DNA of 64,000 bases, taken from the NCBI GenBank assembly GCA_051294375.1, contig CM119266.1, positions 7,327,707 through 7,391,706 of the forward strand. Direction: 5' to 3'. Position numbers and translations under genes: made by a program. The stretch's first letter is position 1. Each line of letters starts with the position of its first letter. Shown here piece after piece: positions 51,991 through 64,000 of the stretch. The notes under the pieces are model-generated. The model was not told where the DNA came from, ran no database searches, and saw nothing but the letters and a program-made list of their open reading frames with translations. Source of the stretch: Paraspadella gotoi. Lineage: Eukaryota; Animalia; Chaetognatha.

Positions 51991-52634
51991 CGGCGCCTAC
52001 GTGGAGTGTCCCGGCGGGCTGCATCAAAACCCTCTCGTCTTCCCCTCAGGTTTGGCTTCGTCCTAGCGACATCGATAAACATTTTGGTATGCTCTGGGAT
52101 TCAATCGAATGGAAATTGGAAAACTCGCTATCCTCTGTTTCTATGTTTGTTCCTCTCTCTCTCTCATCTCTCTGACTCCTCTAGCCCTGGTAGAAACCCG
52201 AATCACGGCTTCTGAATTAAACTGTGTTGTTTTGCTAAGACCCAGACAGGACTTTGGCCAGATCCCAGACCGGACCTATAATATTTTTTTTTTTAAATCG
52301 AACTTTTCATGACGATTTTAAATGTGGCAAAGAAAAATCTAACAAAAAGCAATTTTGAACATTTTAAAATTTATAGCGGTTAATACTAATTTATAAGCAG
52401 TAATCATAGCGTACTGGGCGAGGAAGTGAAAATTGCAAATTTAATTACATTTTTTTTATATATGTTGATAAATATTTATCCAATTGTTGTTCATTCCTCA
52501 CTTTTATAATGAAATAAAGTTGCAATTTTAGGAATTTTCTTACCTTTTTTATGCTTATTTTTGCCCAGACATTGGTCAAAACATACGCCCAACCCCTAGG
52601 ACATTCCGCCGGTCCCCGGCGGCGCGTCTGCATG

Positions 52635-55230
52635 TCTGGCCTATCTATCCTGATCCTGGCTCTGCCCTAATTCCCTAATGTCCGCTCTGCCTTTACTATC
52701 CTGATCTGCCCTTTATCCCCCTCCAGCTGTTCTGCCTTTAATTCCATATCCCTGCTCTCGCCCATAAATTCCTCCCAGACGTCTGCTAGTATCTTCTGCC
52801 TTTATCTATCCTGGGGCTATGGGCCTGGAATATTTCCTCTCCGAGCCAGCTGCTTTGCCAGGGTTTTGTAATCCTCTATCTAACACACTGCTCGACCTAA
52901 ATCACCGGCGCCAATGGCTGCCCTTTATCACTAGCCAGCTTCTGCCTAATTCCCTTCCACTGATGCGCCTTATCTAACCTGTTCGGCCCTTAAATAACCC
53001 TCCACTTTCTGACCCTTATCTAGCCAGCTCTCCTAATATTCACTCGATCTGCCATATCTATCCTGGCTCTGCCTTAAATATTCTCCCTGTGCTCCTGCCC
53101 TTATCTAGCCGCTCTGCCCTAAATATCCCCCCGCGCTGGCCCTTATTCCTAGGCCTGTGGCTCTTGATAAAAAAGTATTCTCCCGCCAGCTCTGGCCCCT
53201 TATCCTAAACACTGCTGTGAACCAAGAATTCCCGTCCACTGTGCCCTTATTCTATCCTGTTCTATACCCTAATCTCTCCAACTCTGCCTTATCTATCCTG
53301 CTCCTCCCTAAAGTTTCCCGCCCGCTTGATCTGCCCTAAATTTTTGCCCTCGCTCCTGCCCTATCTATCCTGACTCTGGCCTAAATTCGTCGTCTCTTGG
53401 CTTATCTAATCGCTGCTCTCCCTAATAATTCCTTCTCCGCTCGCCTTATCTATCCCTGCTCCTCCCTAAATTATCCGTCCGCGGCCGCTCTGCCCCTTAA
53501 TTCCCGTCCGCTCATGCACTTATCTTATCCTGCTCTGGCCGCTAAATTCTCTCTCTGCCTTTATCTATCCTGCTCTCTCCCTAAAATTCCCCTCCCGCTT
53601 CTGCCTTTAAATCTATCCTATCTGCTCCCCTCCCTAAAATTACCCCGCTGGCTGTACCTAATAATTCCTGCTCTCCTGCCTTTGTCTAGATCCTGTGCTC
53701 TCCCACAGCTAAATTCCCCTGCTCCGCTCTGCCTTATCCTTCCTGTATCCGCTTCCCTATTCCCTCCGCATCCTATGCCTTTTATCCTGCTCTCGCCCTA
53801 GTGTTTCCCGCTATCTTCTGGGCCCCATAATTGCCCATCCACTCCTGCCTTTATCTAAAACTGTTTTGGAGAGCAGCCTTAAATGGACCCCACGCACTCA
53901 CCGCCTCCACTCTGCCGCTTATCGCTGACTAGCCAGCCTCTGCTAAATTCACTTTCCCGGTCATTTGGTCTGCCCATATCTATCCTGCTTCCTGGCCTTA
54001 ATTCCCGCTGCTTAGCTGCCTTGATCATAGCCCTTGCCTTTACTGCCTATGACATTCCCGCTCCCCCGCCGGGAGCTTGAGCACTTATCTAGCCTGCCTC
54101 TGATAAATTTCCCTCCAGCGTCATCCCTTATTCTCTACCTGCTGTGACCTGAAAATTCATCAGTTCACCCCCGCACTGTAGCTGTGCCCCTTATCTATTC
54201 CCTGTTTCTATATGCCCTAATTCTCTTCAACACTATCATGCCCCTTTGTATCTAATCCTGGGGCTCTCCTCGCGGCCCCGACTAAATTCCCCCCCGTGTA
54301 TCTGCCCTATAAATTCGCCGCTACGCTACTGCCCTTATCTATCCTGCTTACTGGCCCTAAAATTCTTCTCGTTCTGCCTTTATCTTATCCTGCTCTCTCT
54401 CCCCTATGAATTCTCCTCCGCTCTGCCTTAGTCTATCCTGGCTCTCCTAAATTTTCCCCTCGCTTCTGGCCCTAAATTCCCTCCGCTCTGGCCCTTAGTC
54501 TAGTCCTGCTCTGCCCTAAATTCCTCTCTCTGGCCTTTTAATCTATCTGCTCTCCCCTAAATTCCCTCCGCTGCTGCCTTTATTTATCCTGCTCTCCCCC
54601 CTAATTCCGCTCTCTACTGCCTAAATTCCCTCCATCTCTGCCTTTATTAGTCCGCTCTGCCCTAAAAATTCCTCCCATCCGCTTCTGGCATGTATCTATC
54701 CGCTCTCCCGTAAATTCCCTCCGCTCTGCCTTTATCTATCCTGCTCTCGACCTAAATTCTCTCCGCTCTGCCTTTAGTCATACTGCCTCTCCCCTAATTT
54801 ACCCGCTCTGCCCTAATTCCTCGCTCTGTCCTTATCTATCCTGCTCTGCCTAAAATCTCTCTGTTGCCTTATCTATCCTGCTCCTCCCCGTAAATTCTCT
54901 CCCGCTCGTGCCTTTTATCTATCCTGCTCCTCCCGTTAATTCTCCCCGCTCTGCCCCTAAGTTCCCTCGGCGTCTGCATACTGTTATCGACTTCGCTTAG
55001 AGGCTCTGCCCTAAATATTCTCTGCTCGCGTCCTGACCTTTTAATTCATAGACATTCCTGCCGTCTCCCTAAAATTCCCTCCGCTCATGCTTATCTAATC
55101 CTGCTCTCCCCACTTAATTCCCCCGCCTCTGCTTTATTCTATTTCTGCTTTTCCTCCCCCTTAATTCCCTCGCTTTGCCCTTTATCAATCCTGCTCTGTG
55201 CTCTATATTCCTCGCTCTGCCTTGCACTAA
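52635..55230. repeat. Pyrimidine-rich satellite, ~40-bp unit (ttatctatcctgctctgccctaaattccctccgctctgcc)
   Basis: Dozens of noisy tandem copies; the unit has two ~20-bp subrepeats. Confidence 0.9.
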
Positions 55231-56127
55231 CTCCCGGCTTTGAGAAATTCCGTTCCCGTGAAAATCAAAATAGTCGAGCGACGATGACCAAGGAGCGACT
55301 ACGACGAACGAGGGACACCGTTTCGAAAATATTACTCTCTCTCTCTCTCTTTTCTGCTCTCGTCTCTCTTTTGTATCTCTCTCTCTCTCTGCTCTCTCGT
55401 CCGAATATAAAATGACAAACGAATCCATTTTTAATCGCACTTTTATCTTCCGCGAAAAAAAAAATTACGGACTGAACAATGAAAAGTAAAATAAAATGTT
55501 GATAAAGTTGAAATAGAATTATGCGAGAATCAAACTTATTACTGAGAATGACGTATTTTTACTTTTTCTTATTTTAAAATCTCAAAGAAATTTATATTCA
55601 TTCATTCATAAGTATTAAGGGTTAAAAACTACAAGGCTAATAATATATTTTATACAGATAAAACCAATATTTACTAAATAAGTGAAAAAATCGAATAAGA
55701 TATTTGACACAGAAACAACACAACTTCATTAAAATCACCTGAACTTTCAACAAATTATTTTGAACTTGAAAGTTTTCTTAATTGGCAATAAAATATTACT
55801 TCCTTCCTGGGTTTTGTTCTTCTACGAGTGAGAGACCGAAACGTGGGTAGTCCGTTTTCCTCAATAAACAATTTTGGTTGTTGCCAATTACAATCAGAAC
55901 ATGTCTCTACTAAACCTAAACGCGAAAAACAATAATAACTCGATCCATTTTTAATTACAGATCTGTCTAATAAAACAAAAACAGCTTCAATTTCCTTTAG
56001 TTACTTTGAATTATATCTTATAATGAATATATTCAATATGTCTAAATTAGCTTCTAAATTTTAAAAAACTAACAACAACAACAGTACCGAACTTTCAGGG
56101 TCGCCAGGAACCGAATTTAGTTACAGT

Positions 56128-56345
56128 ACGCCAACGACGAATTCGCCGTAAAAGGACGAAACTCCTTCTCAGCCAACGACGAATTCGCCGTAAAAGGATG
56201 AAACTCTTACTCGCCAACGACGAATTCGCCGTAAAGGACGAAACTGTCCTTCTCGCCAACTGACGAATTCGCCGTAAAAGGACGAAACTCCTTCTCGCCA
56301 ACGACGGAATTCGCCGTAAAAGGAACGAAATCCTTCTCGCCGGTA
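56128..56345. repeat. Tandem repeat, 41-bp unit x ~5 (cgccaacgacgaattcgccgtaaaaggacgaaactccttct)
   Basis: Near-identical units seen directly. Confidence 0.9.
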
Positions 56346-58559
56346 AATGTCTTCGCCAAAGAGCAAAGGATCTTTGACCAAAAGAGGAGGATTAAGTGGG
56401 CGTGGCCCAAATGAGTACGGTTACGTCTAACTCTAGCGTGATCACGGAGCTAGATTTTACAGGGAGACTCAACGTGGCTGGTTTCTTTAAGATTCGCGTC
56501 ACCCACTTCCACATTGTCTCGGCATGAAAAACAAATTAATTTCTAGGGACCGGGGTTCTAAATCGATCGCTGAACCACCTGTTTTAACTCATCGCATGAC
56601 ATCTGGTTTTGCCATTCGGCTCATCGCATGACAATTGATTTCCTAGTAAGAGCGACGATTTCCAAAGTCAAATTAAAAAAAATAATTAAAAAATGGAATT
56701 AATATAAAAGAGACAAGATATTTTTTTTTCATCACTTGTCTACTGAAAACGATGAAACAGTCTGCCACTATTGATCCATGGAATATGGAAAGAAAATGGG
56801 AATTCCGGATGGTCACGATTTCCATTAATATCGAGGAATCAACTTTTTAATCCTACGTGACGTCATCCTTTATCTGTTCATCGGTTTATTGACACGTTAG
56901 ATTGTTCAGCTGACCCGCCCCAAAATATCTAGGAAGTTCGTTGAATAAACCCGCGAGTCAAAAGGTAAACATTTGCGTTAGCGGACGACGAAACGACGAC
57001 GACGAACAGCCAGAAACGATAAGTCTTAATGAATCCATATAAGAGAAGACAAACGACTGACAAAACGACGACAACGAGACAATTCTTCATTCCTCATTGT
57101 TTAGTTTCGATGGAGAAGAAGAATTTTGGATTGAAATCCTCGCAAGAGGAAGACGACGACGAAAGAAGACTGACGACAGGACAAGACGAACGACGACTAC
57201 GACCGACGACGACGACAACAACAGATCGATTAAGGGAACATTTTCGCCTTTTTTCGGAATTAGAAAATCACGAATGAGAATTGCTTAGAAATCAGATATC
57301 CTGCTAACATCCAGCGGAATTTTTCAAAAAACGAGCTGAAAGAGATAGAGAGGGAGTCGGTGAAGGGACGAGAACGGCAGAGAAAACGATAGAGATAGAG
57401 TCAACGAAAAAGGACGAGATGAGTATGACAGAGAAGGGAGAGAGAAAAGAAGGTGTCAGGGAGACCGAAGGAGGAGAGCAGATAAGAGGAGGGAAGAGGA
57501 GCGGGACGGGAACTGTTTTAAGTGACAAAGCACGTAGACTGTTTTGACGGCTGCGGCTGTTCGGGCGGCGGCTGCGGCGTCGTGATCGTCAAACAAAACT
57601 ATGCTGACGGCGAACCTGTAGCGTCAGTCCAATGGAGTTTTGGGTGAGGAGATCAGAATGGAAGTTCACATTGCAGATCACATTGCAGTTTCAGCGAATT
57701 GCTGGACAAAATGTATCGAAGTCAAATTCGAATTTCGTTTTAGAGATGATTTGGTCAAAAGTCCGAACGACAACGACGACGACGAACCTGGACGACAATG
57801 ATGACGACAAAGATGACAAACGGACGACGGACGGACGACAAACGAAATTTATCTTCCTTACCAAAATCTATTTGCTGATAAACTTAACGCGATCTGCAAC
57901 CCATAGTTTACTCTCTCTTCTCCGNNNNNNNNNNNNNNNNNNNNNNNNNAGGAGAGACAGAGGCGAGTGAAGTTTGGAATATAGAATAAAAAGTTAATAC
58001 TGAATTAAAGAATATATTTATCAATTGATAAGATTGATGAGTGAATAGGTAAAAATGAAGCAATGAATATAATGTATTTAATGCTAAACTAAATGTAAAC
58101 CAGATACAAAAACAAATGAGCGAAATTAAATAATCAATTGAGCGAAATTAAAGATCGAATTTGTAAAAATCGATCTAGATTTTCAAGCCGAAAATCTTTA
58201 AGCCGCAAGAGTCGATGTCCTCTCGAAAAGACGAGAGGCGAAGGGTCTAAATCAGCCCCCGATCATCTGTAGAGGAACAGAGACTTTTACTGATGATCAT
58301 CTCTTGAGGATTGGTGTGTAGAATTTGCTTTAATTTAGGAGAGCCCAAGGACAAATTTTGTTTTTCTATAGTCTTAGTAAAATATTCTTAATTCTTGAAT
58401 TGGTGAATAAGTAAATCTGAGGTCTCTTGTACATAAATCTCACAAATCCGTAAATCTTAGTCATCCCCCAAATCTTTTAGACGTACCGGTGTCTGATTAT
58501 GGGCTGTAATAAAACGGGCGACTACGTAGACGACGATTATAAAAACGGGATCATAAAAC

Positions 58560-58599
<40 letters not shown>

Positions 58600-61229
58600 A
58601 AGATCTTTGCACGCCTCAAATGCGAGTTTTAGCTAATCTTCACTTCCGGCGAAGATTTTTCCTTTCGGTCCCGAAGGTCGCGGGATCGAGTCCTTTTATC
58701 TTCTTTCTTTATCTCTGGGATTAATCACTAATTTAGATTTTATCAAAAGCGTCACTACTTCTAATACTTAAATATAGTTATAATGTTCACGTACTAATTA
58801 TTTTATCGTGAATCAACATTTGAGGGGAAAAAATCGTTTTTTTTCATAATCGGCATAATCATAATTTTGCTTGAAAACTTCATTCGTGACTTTGTATATT
58901 ATTTATTATTAATGCTATTTTTTTTCATATTAATACTATTCATAACTTTATCTGAAAATTTATTCTATTGAAAAGTAAAACAAACTTTGCTCAAGAAAGT
59001 GACCAAAAAAAATAGTCCAAACAAATGATTCATTTTTCTAAAGTGAAAAAAAAAATCTTGTTTTCTTAAAACGTGTTAAATTTTCCATAGAGAGATGAAA
59101 AATACAAAGACATACGAACGATGCTCTTTTGTCCTTTGGTTTTAGATTTTTCCGAATATAATTCCGTTTCCGAGTCCCAGAGTATGTCGCGACAGAGGCA
59201 TAGTGCGCACCGAAGATGGCTAATAACGCCCAAACGACAAATGAAGGACTAATGGAACAACGCGCAGATATATGCATACGAAGAAAAATAAAATTCGACA
59301 ATAACTCCGAAATATATCAAAATTAGACGACAAATTCGCTGGTTATGAATCGAGAAACCAAACAATTGACATATAAATTTATAATTCGACCGGTAAAAGA
59401 CACATGGTTATACCGTGCGAAATAGGTAAAATGGCTCGATTATTTTAATTCAGATTTTGTTGATATTTGGCGAGTAATCCATTTGTTAGGTCGTCGCACT
59501 CCATGGTCAAGTTTAGAAAAATAATATCCATTTTAGTGACCGTGCACGCGACGAAATCAGCATATCCAGAGAGACGCAGCAAAAATAACTCGCAAAATTA
59601 AAATGTATATGTATTTAATGATAAGAAATACCCAATAGCTCCCCGTCGTAACTCACACAAACGGAACATCTTAGAAATCGGTATGAAAACCCTAGAAAGG
59701 GAATTACACAGAGACTGCGAGCGTCTCAACGCTATTCTATATAAGTATTGACGGCTCAGCAGGGGCCTTACTCTATTGTTTTTCTAAATCTCAAAAGAGG
59801 CAATCTTAACCTACATCCAGCCTTAATGGGCCCGGTGGCCGACATTCTGAAAGAGCAAATGGTTTCCCTTTTGTCCGCAGCTTATATGTGTGCTTCCTTA
59901 GTCACTTTTGGCAGGAAAGGCCATAATGCACATTGGGATCCCAGCTAATGGCGCCTCCGTCAAGACGAACACTTATGCACATGGCAAATGTCCAAGGGGT
60001 AAGTCTCCCGACAAACGATTTAATGTTTTTAACGACGCATATCACTTGTCTAGTTTTTGGGAGATGATTAAAAAGAAAAGCCTCGCAAAAGAAAAATAGG
60101 TTCGACGCGTACAGTGTGGCGAATTTCCATATGATTTCATGGTAATTCTTTAACGGGTTTTTCCGGTTCTTTACGTCGCCCAAAGCCGCAAGTAATGGAG
60201 GCTCAACCGCTGGTAGCAAGGAGTTTTCTTCGGGCTCTACGTGTGCATGACGAGAGGCTCAGCGTTAGATAGAGCTCAACGACCTTGGAGCCCTGGGACC
60301 CGTTCAGGATTGGGTTTTCGCGTCCTAACTCTCGCCAGACGGCTGAAGTACGGCAATCCATAGCCAGACAAGCCCAATAGCTCTCAGCTCTTAACCCGAA
60401 CCACGCATCGCAGGGACATAGGACCCGTCAATATGCAATAGCTACATCCACATCCACGCGCGGAAAGACTGCATGCGAAGCCATACAGTGGCCACTGCAT
60501 TGGAAGAGTGGAAATAATTAAACACAGCCAACCCAGCGCGCCCCCACCCTAGCCAATACTCCCTATATCTTTTGAATCTCCTTAACATTCGACGGGAATA
60601 AGATCCTAAGTGTGGACCTCTAAATGGGCAACCCATATTAGCTCTAACATGCCCAAAACTCGCACCACATCCCACAGTGTAAGGAGCGGGTTATTGACGG
60701 TAAGCGATACAAGTGAGACGACACTTCGGGTATCGAATATACAGCAGAGCCACCTAGTTGGTCGTTATTACTAACTCCTGAATAATTTGACGAATCTTAT
60801 TTTAGGCCTAAAATTAAAAAGAAGACAGACATATAAATAACGTGAAACAAACGAAAATTAAAACGGGGTGAGCGAATTACAAATTGTTACGCGGTCAAAA
60901 CACGACTGGAATAAAATACAAGCGATCGAGAAACTAAAAGCGGTTTTTTTAACAATTCAGCCGAAGGCCAATACTTTTGAATGATAATAAGAACGAGGGG
61001 CCGAAACGAAAACAACAACTCAAATCCAACTCCTCCTCTGCTCCTTTGTTATCAATACACTCATCTTTAAGAGGTTTTTTTAACTTGCGCGATCATTTTT
61101 TCAACTTGCATAATTTTTTTTCAACTTTGCATCACGTCAAAATTATATCTAGCTTCTTCACTCACCTTTCCCACCGGCTTCACCAACTTCATCTCAATCT
61201 AAGAAAAAAATAAAACCGGAGTTCAAGAA

Positions 61230-62348
61230 ATGTGACTTCATATTTTTTTCATTTAAACTCATGTCCTCCCACTTGAATAATATATCAGCTTCGTCATGAC
61301 GGTTTTCCTACCCACCACGACAAAAATTTCAAACTAACTACCATCCTAATTAATGGTAAAGAGTAAATTAAATAAAATAAAAAATCGTCAAATCTTATGT
61401 CTCCAAAACATTTCCACTTTCACCGATTCCATACGTGAAATTTTATATCCACACCACACTCCTACCCACACGCAGCCAAAAATTTAAGTGCCAATGCCAA
61501 CCAGCCAATCGATCATTGGTTATTGGGCCCAGCTTTTTGCTAAGATGGACGGATGGACGAAGAGGACAATTAATTAATTATTGAAATATATACATATTGA
61601 GTAATTAACTATTAATTATTTGATTTTATTAATACATCCTGCAGATACATTTAATATTAAAAGGAAAAAGAAGCATAATCACTTAGTTAAAACAGGTTCA
61701 CTAAACCACCACTCAAAACTATTCCATCGAACTTGATTTCCTGTTCAACACACTATCCCTTACCCACAACAAAATTCCAGGTCAATTCAGCCCTACCACC
61801 AGAGAATGGTGTTCAAATAGAATATATGTTTTTTTGTTCCATTTAAACTCATCTCACCGCTGATCCATCCGAAACTTAATATCCAGCTCAATCACCACAC
61901 TTACCATATCCACACACCTAAATTCATTTAAATCCATCCATGTTCCAACACGAAATTGGTGTTTTTTGCTAAGGTGGGACGGAACGGACGGACGAGACGG
62001 AACCTGGGACGGATCTACGGTCGGCACGGACGGGCCCGGACGGGGCTGTGACGGCGACGGACGGACGGCTTACGGAACGGGACGGACGGACCGGGACGAG
62101 GCACGGACGGACGCGACGGACGGACGGACGGACGGTGACGAGTGGTGGCGGTTAGGACGGTACGGACACAGACACGGACGACGGACATCATTTTTTTCCA
62201 TTAATTATCATTAATGTCGATGTTCTGACATTGATATAAGTGTGTGTGCCGACAAATTGACGGGGGCGGACCACGGACCGAAAAAGTGAGTTTATAAAAA
62301 AGTGAGTTATAGAGTCGGGATCTGCTGATAAGCAGATCCGACTAAAAA
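61230..62348 (+). mobile_element. Helentron-associated (HINE/DINE-1-like) non-autonomous element
   Basis: Internally repeated core (catttaaactcat at ~61250 and ~61840; tttttgctaag..ggacgg at ~61534 and ~61963), (GGAC)n microsatellite 61975-62186, then 3' hairpin agtcgggatctgct-gata-agcagatccgact (62313-62343) followed by an A run. Confidence 0.55.
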
Positions 62349-62717
62349 GGTTAAGAAAGTACANNNNNNNNNNNNNNNNNNNNNNNNNTATTTATTTTCG
62401 ATTTAACCAATTTTTTTTCCGCAGGGATAAATTTTTTTAACGCAGAGAAACGGACGGTGGCCGAGACGACTGTCAGTAATCTATGACAGTGATTTATCAC
62501 AAGGGAAAGTGAAACCTCGCGAAGAGAATTAACTACGATTAAAATCGTTTTAATGATTAAATGTCAACATCTTGTGATGAAAAGAAAATTTACAATACGA
62601 CAGAACTTGACAGTCAGATCGGTTTAATACGAGCGACTCCGCTTTTAACGACACAGAGATTTACTGGTTATTTTTTGGGGGCGACACTTTTTTTTACACT
62701 TCGTCGTGACAGTTATT

Positions 62718-62752
<35 letters not shown>

Positions 62753-63329
62753 NNNNNNNNNNNNNNNNNNNNNNNNNNNNNNNNNNNNNNNNNNNNNNNN
62801 NNNNNNNNNNNNNNNNNNNNNNNNNNNNNNNNNNNNNNNNNNNNNNNNNNNNNNNNNNNNNNNNNNNNNNNNNNNNNNNNNNNNNNNNNNNNNNNNNNNN
62901 NNNNNNNNNNNNNNNNNNNNNNNNNNNNNNNNNNNNNNNNNNNNNNNNNNNNNNNNNNNNNNNNNNNNNNNNNNNNNNNNNNNNNNNNNNNNNNNNNNNN
63001 NNNNNNNNNNNNNNNNNNNNNNNNNNNNNNNNNNNNNNNNGAGAGAGAGAGAGAGAGAGAATGTTAACAACGTACTCACAAACTCATTAACACTCGACGT
63101 GATTTTGATGTTCCAGTTGTTATCGTTGTTGTTGTTGTCGCACTCTTGACCCCCATGCCACTTCGACGTCGATTGACCGTCAATATTTTTTTTTCTCTCT
63201 TTCTCTGTGAAAAAAAACCACGGATTCACACGTGACCGAAGAGGATTCTGTGAATTGGTTCGTTGAAGAGACAGGGATGACCATTTCACCATTGACCAGA
63301 TGAGAGGGGACGAGAGAAAGAAAGAAGGA

Positions 63330-63365
<36 letters not shown>

Positions 63366-63775
63366 AAGAGAAGAAGCTTCATTTGAAAGAGAGAGGACGC
63401 CCCTTGGTAAGAGAGGATGACCCGAAGAAAGAGAGGATGACCCGAAAGAAAAAAGAGAGATGAAGGGAATTGATTGGAGGATTAAGAAGTGAGGGCGAAT
63501 CTCACGGGATCGTCGTTCGTCATGGGATGAACGACGATATTAACACCTGAAGATCGATAATTGAATTCGGATTAACTGAGGATTTCATCTGGGTCATTTT
63601 TATGGGTTGAAAGCTTAGATTTAATATACAATATACAATACAATACAAAAATGTTATTGATATTTTCTTATTTATTATTTGTTACTGTAAATTCATCCAA
63701 CGATCGACGACAAAAATTCAGAATTCGTTTGGTGGTCGAGGATTTTCGTCTTTCGATTATTTTGGCGCGAAACTC

Positions 63776-63831
<56 letters not shown>

Positions 63832-64000
63832 CCCGATATAGCTTCCAGTTTTCTTTTTTTTTCCTCGGTCTTTATTTGCTCTCTATTCAGTACCTTTTTT
63901 TGCCGCCGAAGTGTAAACAAACAAAACGACTGTAAACAAACCTAATGTATATACGCCTCCTCCCCCCTTTGAATCGGTTGCTATACAGTTGAGGAAAATC

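Noticed and set aside
56128-56345. CRISPR array or repeat-protein ORFs
   Set aside because: Head-to-tail 41-bp units with no unique spacers; the ORFs are by-products of the repeat.

Overview
Eukaryotic (probably invertebrate animal) genomic DNA with GC-rich exons, AT-rich introns and many (GA)n microsatellites. 1-19 kb: two convergent multi-exon genes that I rebuilt by hand with consistent intron phases. One is a + strand, Pro/Ser-rich protein of about 557 aa with a PPxY motif. The other is a - strand protein of at least 882 aa with coiled-coil-like segments and a C-terminal ..EIVTRF* motif. I cannot name either family. 22-30 kb: forward/inverted/forward/inverted copies of one ~3.6 kb segment joined by 25-N gaps, most likely a long-read gap-filling artefact. 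From ~36 kb on, much sequence looks like error-rich long-read fill. The main feature there is a ~9 kb DIRS1-like tyrosine-recombinase retrotransposon (~38.1/38.8-47.7 kb) with inverted terminal repeats, a right extension, and gag, RT, RNase H, methyltransferase-like and YR motifs. Two things about it are unusual. Its internal complementary region (ICR) lies near the 5' end rather than between YR and the right ITR, and it carries ~3 kb of extra sequence including a Cys-rich ORF. The rest is a fold-back, minisatellites and a Helentron/HINE-like element. Motif calls in the noisy region required reading across frameshifts.
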